Positions 1 to 9,885 of a DNA stretch of 64,000 nucleotides are shown piece by piece. This DNA comes from Paramoeba atlantica (Eukaryota; Protista; Discosea). The position numbers were made by a program, and so were the translations under genes. Positions within the stretch are counted from its first letter, which is position 1; each line of letters opens with the position of its first letter. The notes beneath the pieces were generated by a model, which searched no databases, was not told the DNA's origin, and saw only the letters and a list, made by a program, of their open reading frames with translations. Location: NCBI GenBank assembly GCA_977017575.1, contig CDRNVI010000054.1, forward strand, positions 186,001-250,000, given 5' to 3'.

Positions 1-983
1 GAGCCGTAGGACTCCACGACCATCGCGGCAAATTTCATTTTCGCTACCTCGGCCCCTTCACGCTGCTTCACCTTGTTAGTGGTAGCGTACTGCTCCGCAA
101 ACGACCCCGCCGTCACCCAGTTAGCGTCACGGACTGTGTCCGTATATTTTTGTTGCTGGACATGGGTGACGGCGAAGTCGAGTACGAGAGGATGACCTAA
201 ACCACTATTCGTAAAGAAGACATCTCCGGGCCTAGTGAGGGTTCCCCCCGGGCCCTTGTTCCCTAGGTTCACCTCTCGCTTCGGCGCAAGCCCCGCTTTC
301 TTACATTCATCCGAAAATTGAGAAGCAAGCGCGTTGTGGCGAGAGGTGATGCCGTGGCCACTTTTGCACGACAGCGTATGGTCTCCTTCTGGACCGAGAG
401 GCTGCGTACATTTCTCCATGGGGCAGGGTCGGGGACCTGGGTATATATTTTCCCCGAGCCACCAACGCACCAGCGTCCGGAACTCCGTGGGCGTGTATGC
501 GAAGCCATCTTTCTTTGACAGCAGCACAAATGCCCATTCCGAAGCGCCTTCCCCAGTTTCAGAGATCCACCTGGCCCTGGTCCGTGGGTCAGTGTGTGCA
601 AGCGCATTCCTAAACTCATGTGAAGAGATGGCGTGACTGAGGTCTCGCTGTCGGGGCACTACTAGGTCGTCAACCGACTCGTCAGTTCCAATCGTGCGAA
701 ATGAGGGACGTTCTGATGAGACCCAACTTTTGGGTATTCTACCGGTTTCGCTGTCCACTATGCTCTGTCCAACGCGTCTGTTAACATCCCGCACAGCCCC
801 TTCAAAACCTTTTGCTTCAGTGGGGTCCCAACCGTCTCTTTCTGATGCGAAGGCGACTGAAGCCACATATGCTGATGTGGCATGCTCTTCCGCCGAACGA
901 AGCCCCAACCCACTAAACCGTTTGTCTCGTTGCGTTTGTCGCCGCGCCGTATCACTCAGTGGAAGGAAAAAAGTTTCTATGCT
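1..983 (-). mobile_element. CRE-clade non-LTR retroelement, 3' fragment (post-RT region, CCHC knuckle, restriction-like endonuclease); frame runs off the window start
   Basis: Manual translation of the - strand is open from 983 to 1: FSGLGLRSA...RWWLG...CPMEKC...DHTLSC...RHNAL...RPGDVFF...LDFAVTH...VESYG. Homologous to 38591-39646 and 9886-10215. Confidence 0.85.
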
Positions 984-1054
984 GGTCTGAACAGTGTCGT
1001 CTAGGCGCTGACATAGATCCCGTAGCTCCGATGTAGGTGTGGTTCGGAGTGCGT

Positions 1055-1077
1055 AATCCAATCCAATCCAATCCAAT
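1055..1077 (+). repeat. (AATCC)n microsatellite
   Basis: aatccaatccaatccaatccaat read directly. Confidence 0.9.
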
Positions 1078-1169
1078 AGACCGACATAAGTCGGTTAGAA
1101 TATATAACATTGTTCCCTCAAACTTATACTCTTCCACCTCCAAATTCAGAGGGGACGCGCTTTCACCAC

Positions 1170-1586
1170 TTCACCCCTCCCCGACTCACTCCCCTGGAGT
1201 GAGTGTGCTTCCCCCTCTCGGCTTTTTTTCGACTTGTCTTTTTCCTCTCCGAGAGGGCCATGCGTCACGGTGGCCTCCCTTGAGGACCACTAGACGTGTC
1301 CTCCGCCGACGAGACTCGGCTCTCTGCACCTGGCGGTCGTCCAGCTCTCCGCACCTCGGCTCTGTCGCAGCTCTCTGCACCCGGATTGCCCCCGAAACTG
1401 TAATATGGGGATTACGCATCCGGCTCTCTGCACCTGCACATGACAACCGAGCTCTCTGCACCTGGGACGCCAGCTCTCCGCACCCGCACACCTCCGGCGA
1501 GGACGAAACCTCACATGATCCACCCGTCGTATGCGGGATAAGGACATGGTGAGCAAATCTCTGCACTATAAGTGCATGATAAAACA
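1170..1586 (+). mobile_element. Short non-coding element related to the SL-headed element at 9319-9885
   Basis: Shares TCACCCCTCCCCG.CTCACTCC..GAGTGAGT, GGTGGCCTCCCTTGAGGACCACT and the 3' end GCATGATAAA(A)CA with the - strand of 9319-9725; internal CTCT(C/G)CGCACC/CTCTGCACC repeats. Confidence 0.6.
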
Positions 1587-2328
1587 CAGGGGGGTAAATC
1601 AGATCCTGCGGGGGGTCAAAAAATTGCAAAACCCTTCTAATTTTGGAAAATGATAGCGCATTCGAGAGCTCTCGCAGAGTTCTATGTTTTTGCGCTATTT
1701 TCACCCCCAAAAGAAAGCATTTGTGTTTATGGCATTTCTTTTAAAGTTTTTTTTCCCCTCTAAAATTTGCAGTTTTTCCCAAATTTGCTCATTTTTTCGT
1801 TTTTTCTCCATTTCGTCTCAGTTTTATGCCGCGAAAGCGATCCCGTTCTATGCAGAACAAAGGATCTCTCTCCGATAGATCTCGTTGTTTTGGACTTTCC
1901 CCCAAAATCCCCAGATCTTAACCCCATTGAAAACAATTGGGAAATTATGGATGCCTTTATTAAAAAAGGTACAAATCCAGAAAATAGGACTGAACTTTTG
2001 TTTTCTATTGAAAGAGCGGTTGATTACATTAAAACAGATGGTCATGAAATGCTCATTAACACTTTAAACAGCATGCCGCGGCGTTTCGACATGGTAGTAG
2101 AAAAAAAAGGAGAAAGTTGTAATTATTAGTCATCTAAAACACTTCTCACAATTTTTGCATTTTGACGTTTTTGGGCTTCTTGTCAGTTGAACATCCCCCT
2201 ATACCCCGGGAAACTGCCTTTTCTAAAACATAGAACTCTGCGAGAGCTCTCAAATGCGCTATCATTTTCCAAAATTGGAAAGGTTTTGCAATTTTTAGAG
2301 CCCCCGCAGCATCCAATTTACCCCCCTG
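1587..2328 (+). mobile_element. Non-autonomous Tc1/mariner element with ~104 bp TIRs and a C-terminal transposase remnant
   Basis: 1587-1690 is an imperfect reverse complement of 2225-2328 (termini CAGGGGGGTAAAT). TA follows the right end; the left flank is CA. ORF 1767-2129 ends with FPPKSPDLNPIENNW...SMPRRF. Confidence 0.85.
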
Positions 2329-2433
2329 TATGTGTACTACTCCTGAAAACACGCATTACCTTTCGTTAATCTTACAAATATTCCTCAGGGTACCCCAGGC
2401 CTACCAGCGGAGAACACTTCCGTCTTATCACAC

Positions 2434-5400
2434 CTACTCAGAGGGCTTCCTCTTGCCACCAGTTCTCGCTACTTTCCCTCGGGGTCTCCCTTTTGCCTCA
2501 GCCCCGCGCTTGGGTGCTGGCAAAGTTTTCGCCTTTCCCTTTTCTAAGGCTCTATTTTTAATCAGTTTTTGCAAAGATTTGTCTGTCTGAGACTCCTCGG
2601 TGTCTTCAGTTGTCTTTCTCCTTTTCTGTACAGGAGGTCGAGATATTTTTCGTGCTGCCATGAGTGCCAACCCATCCGCCTCCTCATTCCATTTGTTCCC
2701 ACAATGACTCTTTACCTTGCATATAAAAATTGAAAATGATTCATGTTTTAGTTCACGGAGTTTTCTGTCAAGTTCATAAAATAAATCTCCGTTTGTGATC
2801 CCCTTGTATCCAACAATGCGCCTCTGATGACGAAGAATGTGAAAAAATTCCCAAAGATAGTACGAATCTGTATGAAAAAGACATGCGCAAGGTTTTTCCG
2901 GGAGCTGATTACTTCGACTCGTTCAATTGTTTCAGATTCCAGAGTCACAGATATTCGTAGAGGTTTTAATCTAGGTTTTAATACTACAACTCCGATACCG
3001 CTTCGAATTTCATCCGTGCCCCGCATCGGCAATACTGAACCGTCTGTATAAATTTGCACAGTTTTATATGCTGGAAAAGGGATGTCTGACTCCTCAACGA
3101 ATTGTAACTCGGAAGGACTTTTGTGTTTTTTCGCCCTTGCCAGGGCATTTTTCCATCTAACGGACCCGCACTTTTCATATTGAATAATAGGCTCGAGCTC
3201 TCTTCGCAACTTTTCGGTTAGTTGATACCAATGTTCGCGGTCAGTTGCATACACCAAGGCTTGTTCAAGGGTGATGCCCAAATCCTTCAAGCAAGCCTCG
3301 CTTGGGGAAGGTTGTCGTGCGTTGGTCCGCTGTTTCCACTTGACGAGCTCTTGGAAATCAGATGAGTGACGAAGCATGTGTCCAACAAGCTTTTCTCTTT
3401 GTACCCTGTGAATTGTTGAAAATTTCTCCGTGCCAAGACATAAAGATGCATTCGGGTAACACATCCCAAATTCATCCAATTTGTCGCATTGACATGCAAT
3501 TCTCCTCATATTATTTACCTCAACGTCAATTCGTCGGAGCATTGTTTGCGATATTGAGAGGGCCCCCGTTCCGAAATTTAACACCGGATAAACAAGGGAA
3601 TCGTATAGTCTGAGCTTTGTCCCTGCACTCAAAGGCGACGACCAAATCCCGTTCAAACGAAAAAGAGAACCCCAAGCTAACTTTAAACGTTCCTTCATTG
3701 TTGATGTAAAGTCGTTTTCCCGGTGATGCCCTAAGTGTTTGTATGTTTGAACTTTCGGAATGCTCCCGACAACATTGCTTTGAATGTTGTCACTGTTCTT
3801 TGTTGATTTTCCGAACGTTAGCCAGGCTGTCTTCGTTACACCAACGGCTAACTGTAGATTTGCTTTGCTGGCTTCTGTGGCTACACTGTCTATCATATTG
3901 CTTAATCCGCTTTTTGTGTCGCTAAACAATGCTATATCGTCTGCATAGTCAATATCAGTGAGGCGTTTTTCATAAAGACCCCTTTTCCTAGTACCTCTCG
4001 AACTTAAAAGAACACCGTCGGAATTGTCGTCTAGTGCTTTGTTCAAAATACGATCCAATACCATTACAAAAAGATAAGGCGCTAAGACGTCGCCTTGAAG
4101 TATGCCCGTTGCAATAGGGAAAGGTTTGGTAGTGCCAAGCTGAGTTCGAACGGTGCCTTTCAAATTACTGTATATTGACATGATAGTTCTGGATAGACAA
4201 GGTCCCACACGGAATGCATCTAAGCTAGCTTTTATCGCTGCGAAGGAAACCGAGGGAAAAGCTTTCGCGAAATCTATGAAGGCTACCGAAAGGCCTTCTC
4301 CTCTGAATGCTTTAGTTTTGACTTCGTTCATGATGATCTGGGCGCCTACAGTAGCTCGGTTGGGTCGAAAACCATATTGGTTATCCCGAAGAGATTTTTC
4401 TATGCTAGGCCTAATGCGGGAAAGTATCATAATATGGTTCATAAGTTTCACTATACTGTTTACCACGCATATGGGCCTCCAATTTTCGATCTTTGTTAAA
4501 TCTCCCTTTTTTGGAATGGGAAAATCTGTAGCGTGATTCGCCAAGCTTCCTCAGTAACCCCCGTTGCATGGACTTGTTTTATGATTTCTAGGAGTTGTAA
4601 TCTGAGATCTGGGTGCCCTGATATTGCCTGTATGGCTTCCATTGGTATCCCGTCACTTCCTGGAGTTTTTCCTTTCTTGAAATGAGACAAAGAAGTGACC
4701 AATTCCTCGCCCGAAAATGGTTCGTCTGAAATTGGAACGAGCGGTGGCGGAAGCATCTCGAAGCTAATATCCGTATTTCCCGAGTCATAACCACTGAACC
4801 GCATGAAGTGATTTCGAATTTCTTGCAGCTTCTTGTTTCGTGAGCCCCCGCTTGTGTTAAATGTGTCTCTATACCGCCCACAAATTTGTCGAATAGTTCT
4901 CCACGGATTCGCATGATTTTTACGAAGTTGATTTTCAATCTCGACGCATTCGTTTGAAATAGTTTCTTCAATTTCTTCCTTATGCTCTTTTAATAGCGCA
5001 TTGAATGTGGTTTTATTTCTGCTTTTTTGATATAAACCGCGCAAGTCGTGTATCTTAAAGTCCTTTACCGATTCCTTATTCGCGGTTCGTTTCGAAGGTT
5101 TTTTAAAAGTTTTCACAGCACTCACCATACATTTTGCAAGTTCTCCCCATGTCGCTCCTGACTCAGCATTCGCTAAGCGCTGACAGTGAACGTTTTTGAC
5201 GAATTCCGTTCTAATATCACTGTTTCGAAGAAGAAACCACGAAAGCTGACTATTATTCGATTTATGGGCAGTAACTCGCCACTTTATCCTGATACTCGCA
5301 ATGCCACAACAATGAGTGGTAGGAATAGGTGCTTTAATCACTTTGTGTCTTTGAATTGCCGATGCGAATCTGCTACAAATGAAAATGTGATCTAATTGCC

Positions 5401-6055
5401 TCAGAGCTTTGTTCGGTAATTCACACGTCCACTTCCGGCTGCTTGGGCAAAGGCTATGTGCAGATTTGCAATCTATGGAACATGATAGACCTTTGAGTCG
5501 TGCGGCTGCAAGTGGATCCTGTTCCTTATTAGTTATGTGCGTTAGCGGTGCGTTGAAGTCTCCTATGACTATGAGAGGACGACGTGAATTGTTTTCTCGC
5601 ACTACCAGACAACAACGCTCTAATTCACCATAAAACTTTTTTATCTCGACGTCTGACGCGTCCCTTGTAGGAGAATAAACGTTGACAACTGTATCGACTC
5701 CATCCTCCATCTCAAATTCCCCAGACATTATCCTTTCACTGATCTTAGAAACCTTAGTCAAAGGAAGAGTGCTGACGAAACCCATACCATTGTATGCATC
5801 CCTTGCCCGTGCTGTAACGAGGTTTAAGTGATAATCCGTATTCCGGTAGCGCACTTTGCGGTAGAGTACATCCAATTTTTCGGAAGGAGAAAATCTGTAC
5901 CCCGTTTCCTGTAAGCCTAAGATATGTATTCCCTTCGTATCCATAAAATTAATTACTTCATAAAGGTGCCCACACTTTCGTACACTAAACTCATCCTCAC
6001 CCTTCAGCTTCAGAGTAGTTACATTTAAGGTTCCAACGCTAACGCGAACGGAGTG
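2434..6055 (-). mobile_element. RTE-like non-LTR retroelement: APE endonuclease + RT + RNase H, frameshifted
   Basis: APE motifs VGTLNV, GLQET, NVYSPT, GDFNA, LDHI (4496-5944). RT motifs DFAKAF, QGDVLAPYLF, YADD (2748-4544). RNase H motifs YTDGS, then after a frameshift HTDSYY...KVKSHCGNKWNEEADGLA. Confidence 0.9.
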
Positions 6056-8814
6056 CGTAAACCATTTGGCAAAACCCGGTGCAGTGCCGGATGAGACAAA
6101 GAGCTACCTGATGGTCCTCGATTTGAGTAATGGCTAAGAGCGATTCTTTTGCTATTTCGAGGGCGTTGTCAAGGAGGAATTTGTGGCAGAATTCAGCAGA
6201 CCCCAATGGACTACCTAAAATATCGAAATTACCCTCCATATTCTTATTCTGATCGGGGAGGTCGGGGAAAACAGAAGAACGATGAGAGGATGAGGGATGA
6301 GCGGCTAATTGACATTTTGCTGCGTTGAGGTGTAAACCCCATTGCGGGCCCTTCATTTCTAATACATCGAAAGCATGTCGCACATCACACGATGAGCCAG
6401 CCGGAGCGCCGTCGTCCAGGTACCAAAGATTTAAATCCAGCTTGGGAGCTACCGTGTGAATTTCAGCCGCGACTTCTCGTAAGACCAGGGAGAAGAGTAG
6501 AGGACCTAAGGGGTTGCCTTGTTGAACTCCTTCAGATGGCGAAATGGTGCGTGTGCCGAAAGGAAGTGAACTCTCTGAAGAGTAGCACCAATCTACGTAG
6601 TAGCTAAGGGCGGGAAAATGTTCGCGGGTCAAGGCGGTGATCCAGTCGCGTGAGACGCGGTTAAATGCGTTTTTAAGATCTATTTTGCATAAAACGAAGT
6701 CGGCGTCGTCGACGTGCTAGGCAAAGGTCTGTCTGCAGAGATGAATAACACGCTCAGATCCGGCTGGCGTTGCTACACCGTATTGGTGTCCTTTGAAAAG
6801 TTTACGTGCTCTTGTTTTGGCGGAGAAACAAGCGACTTTGCTCACCAGGCGGCGAAGCGTCTCTCCTGCGGCTATTGGGCGCCCGTCGCGGTCCCCTTTC
6901 TTCAAAGCGCATAGGCGGCCTCCGGCAAAGTAGCACTGGACTTCGAGTGGCATGTGTCCCGCAAGCATGTGGTTCGTGAATTTTGTCAGTGCCCAATGGG
7001 TCCGTATAAGCGTCATTGTGGTACTCAAGAGATGCTTGCAAGTGCTCAGGACGCAGGCCAAAGGCACCACCTGATGATCCCCGGTGAAAGGTTTTAAGAG
7101 CCGCCGCTACTTCTTCCTCCGTTGCTTTGAGAGGTTTTACGTCTACTTCCGGTGTGGAATTGAGTGTTGTGGACGATGCGGCTAATCGGGCCGGATGCTT
7201 CGCTTGGAGCTTGGCGTATGTGTCATCGTCATCCGGGGCCAGTGGCGCAGAAGTTAGTGCGGTCATGGCCCGGGAAAGTTCGCGATCGCGGACAAGTCTC
7301 TCAGCTCGTAGGGCTGCTTTTTTCTCTTCGTCTTCGGGGCTCTGTGCTTGTGCTGTGCGTTTTTTACTTTGGAGGCTCGATTTTGCTTCGTTCCAAAGAG
7401 ATAGAAATTCGTTCCGCGTCCACCGGGCGAGACATTTCCGAACATGTGAGGCATACGACAATTTTGCTCTGTTCCCCCCACGATGAGGTGCCGGTAACAC
7501 GCACTTCGGTAGCATGGCAAGAAGAGTCCAGGCTTCGATGGTATTTTCTCGTACGGCGGAAGAGAGACACTCGCAGAAGACTTTCGCCCACTCCTGCCGA
7601 CATCTATTGGGAATATCTTTAGATGTGTTGATCGGCAAAGAGCATATGGATGCCAGGGGCGGCAGGGGTCCGTCGACGGTTTGCACTTTATTGTGGCTTC
7701 CCGAGTTGCACACTACCTGGGGAGGTGCGGCGAAGGATGAGGGAGAAGAGCGGCGGAAAGGGCAATTTTCGGCATGAAACCCCTGCTGGCTTAAGTGGTA
7801 ATGTTTGTTACAATCGGTGCATCGGAAACGCCCCTCCTCGTTCCACTAGGTATCAGGAACCTCGTCCCTATGTCTGTGGGCCACGTGGTTATAAAAAGCT
7901 TGCCATTGGCCCCCGTGAGACACTGCTTTCCATGTACATCCCTTGAAAGGACATTCCCGTGTCTTTTCATTGTCGATAAGTGTATTTCCACGTGTCGTCT
8001 TTGGGGTTTGCGTAAGTTTCTCGTCTTTCATGGAGTCGCATGACCCAGGTTTCGACACCTGCTGGGGGCGCTTACGTTTACCCATGGATGAGTGCGGGTT
8101 CTGTTCCTTGTGAAGCAATTCTTCAGCCAGACTGTTAACACATTCGAGTGCAGGAGTGCGTGGTCCGGGTGAATTCGTACTGGGCTCTGTGTTGTCACGG
8201 TCTTCGCTGTCGGCCCCGGACTCATTGCTCAGCTGAGATAGAGCGATACCCTTGGGGCGCTTCTTCTTTTTCCGTCCTTTTCTGCATCCGTTCACAGAGA
8301 CGGTGAGGTCTTCAGGAGTGAGATCGGGGAAGAGCAATATCCTTTTTTCATAATCGTATTCGTTGTCGTGTGACCTCCGGATATGGCGTTCGCACTTCCC
8401 CTTCACAGCCTTATTTTTGGTTTTTGATAGGCTGAGTGAAGAAGATTCTGCCCCCGCAAATTGGAATTTGAAGTCCTCAGTCGGACGGACACTGGAGAAA
8501 AGTTCCTCTTCCGTGTTTGTCTTCTGGCGCCCTGTATCTGGGGTCTCACCTTCCCTAGAGTTCGCGATGCTGAGTACCATCGCGTCGGCTCGCCGTAAAG
8601 ATTCAGCTGAAGGATTAGGTGGGAGGGGTGTAGTGTATAGGTCTTCATTGTACGTACTCGTGCCTTTAACGAGGTCTTTGTTTGCGTCGAATTGATCCCA
8701 GCAGCCGAGTGTGTGTGCGTTCACCTCGCGTTCGAAGTTCGAGACCTGCTTAGCCTTAGATCGAGTTAAGACAACCATGGGACGTAAGAGTGAGATAAAG
8801 AAAAGAAAATAATT
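6039..8814 (-). mobile_element. CRE-clade retroelement (copy a): SL-headed, fragmented ORF, cut within RT by the RTE element
   Basis: ORFs 7846-8820, 6802-7713, 6717-7070 and 6039-6632 with LAMLPKCVL, RPIAAGETLRRLV, GVQQGNPLGP and WYLDDG; N-terminus closely similar to 48739-49140. Confidence 0.9.
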
Positions 8815-8850
8815 CAACAAGGTACAGAAACTGTATCTTTATCGTTAAAG
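8815..8850 (-). ncRNA. Spliced-leader exon DNA copy (36 nt)
   Basis: CTTTAACGATAAAGATACAGTTTCTGTACCTTGTTG; the core ACAGTTTCTGTAC matches the conserved kinetoplastid/diplonemid mini-exon. Confidence 0.85.
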
Positions 8851-8860
8851 ATATGTTTTT

Positions 8861-8950
8861 TCAACTTCAACTTACTTCAACTTCAACTTACTTCAACTTC
8901 AACTTCAACTTACTTCAACTTCAACTTACTTCAACTTCAACTTACTTCAA
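8861..8950 (-). repeat. (TTGAAG/TTGAAGTAAG)n tail at the 3' end of a CRE element
   Basis: Mixed 6/10-mer repeat lying between the RLE stop codon (8980) and the SL copy at 8850. Confidence 0.85.
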
Positions 8951-8979
8951 CAAACCTTACCCGTATCCCCTTTTTCTTA

Positions 8980-9318
8980 CTACAACGACGGGCAGAGGTC
9001 TTCAGCGGGCATGCGTGTGACCAGCATACGCGCTTGGGAGCGCATCAGTGTAATATTCATCTCCGTTAGCAGGAGACGAAGCGCTTTCTTGGGTGATTGC
9101 GTCCCCTGGGACGTTGCTGAGCGGTGTTCCGCGACCCTCCGGAGATTACCCATCGCGCTGTCCGACCAGGAGCCGAAGGATTCTACCGCCATGGCGGTGA
9201 ACTTGCATCCGGCGGCTTCCGCTTCCAGGCGCTCCGAAACTTTGTGGTCCGTGGCGTGCCACTCGGCGAAGCATCCTTCCTTACCCTCGTTAGCAACTCG
9301 GACTAAGTCCGTGTACTT
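8980..9318 (-). pseudogene. C-terminal RLE segment of CRE copy g
   Basis: KYTDLVRVAN...MAVESFGSW continues the THVQQ motif broken at 9886; the equivalent stretch THVQQQKYTDTVRDAN is contiguous in 1-983. Confidence 0.8.
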
Positions 9319-9885
9319 GTTTATCATGCGCTCTTTGGCGCAGAGATAATCCCCTTAATGCGACGGCCGATATCATCGGCACATAATCCGCCCACAACGG
9401 ATGTCGCCAAAGGGGGTTCGACGCGGACTCTGTCGGTAGAGAGGTCCAGGCAACTCGCCTCTCTTTACGCAGCCGGAGGGGCGTACTGCAACCGACTCGG
9501 TCCCAGTCGGTAGAGGTGGTCCACGCAACTCATCACCTCTTTACGCAGCCGGATGGGCGCACTGCGACCGACCGCTGCCTCGCGATAATGCGAGGCAGAG
9601 TCACGCCCAGTGGTCCTCAAGGGAGGCCACCATGGCGCATAGCTCCCGGGAAGAGACAGGCGCGAGAAGAAGAAAGCCGGGGAGGGAAGAAAACTCACTC
9701 AAGGAGTGAGCCGGGGAGGGGTGAAAAGTCGGAAGTACGTCCCCTACTTCCACGACAAAGAGGGACAGTTCCCGCTAGCCGTCAGCCGGAAACGGGCATT
9801 AAAAGGAAAATGTATGCCCGTTTCCGGAAAAAGAAAGGAAGGGCTAGCAAAATGTACCAACAAGGTACAGAAACTGTATCTTTAT
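9319..9885 (-). mobile_element. SL-headed short non-coding insertion (SL 3' 28 nt, then GTACATTTT)
   Basis: SL piece at 9858-9885; interrupts the RLE coding sequence between THVQQ and KYTD; perfect 14 bp hairpin (9786-9827); two 74 bp-period structured repeats (9432-9573). Confidence 0.75.
9858..9885 (-). ncRNA. SL exon 3' part followed by a GT dinucleotide (possible SL RNA gene remnant)
   Basis: ATAAAGATACAGTTTCTGTACCTTGTTG|GTACAT; the only SL copy in the window followed by a splice-donor-like GT. Confidence 0.7.

Noticed and set aside
1490-1512. Hammerhead-like GAGGACGAAAC
   Set aside because: No upstream CUGANGA core. Likewise CTGATGAG at 713 has a stem but no GAAA and lies antisense to a CRE ORF.
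2824-2912. Possible GT-AG cis-intron in the RTE RNase H
   Set aside because: The segment encodes the HTDSYY motif in another frame; a simple frameshift explains it.
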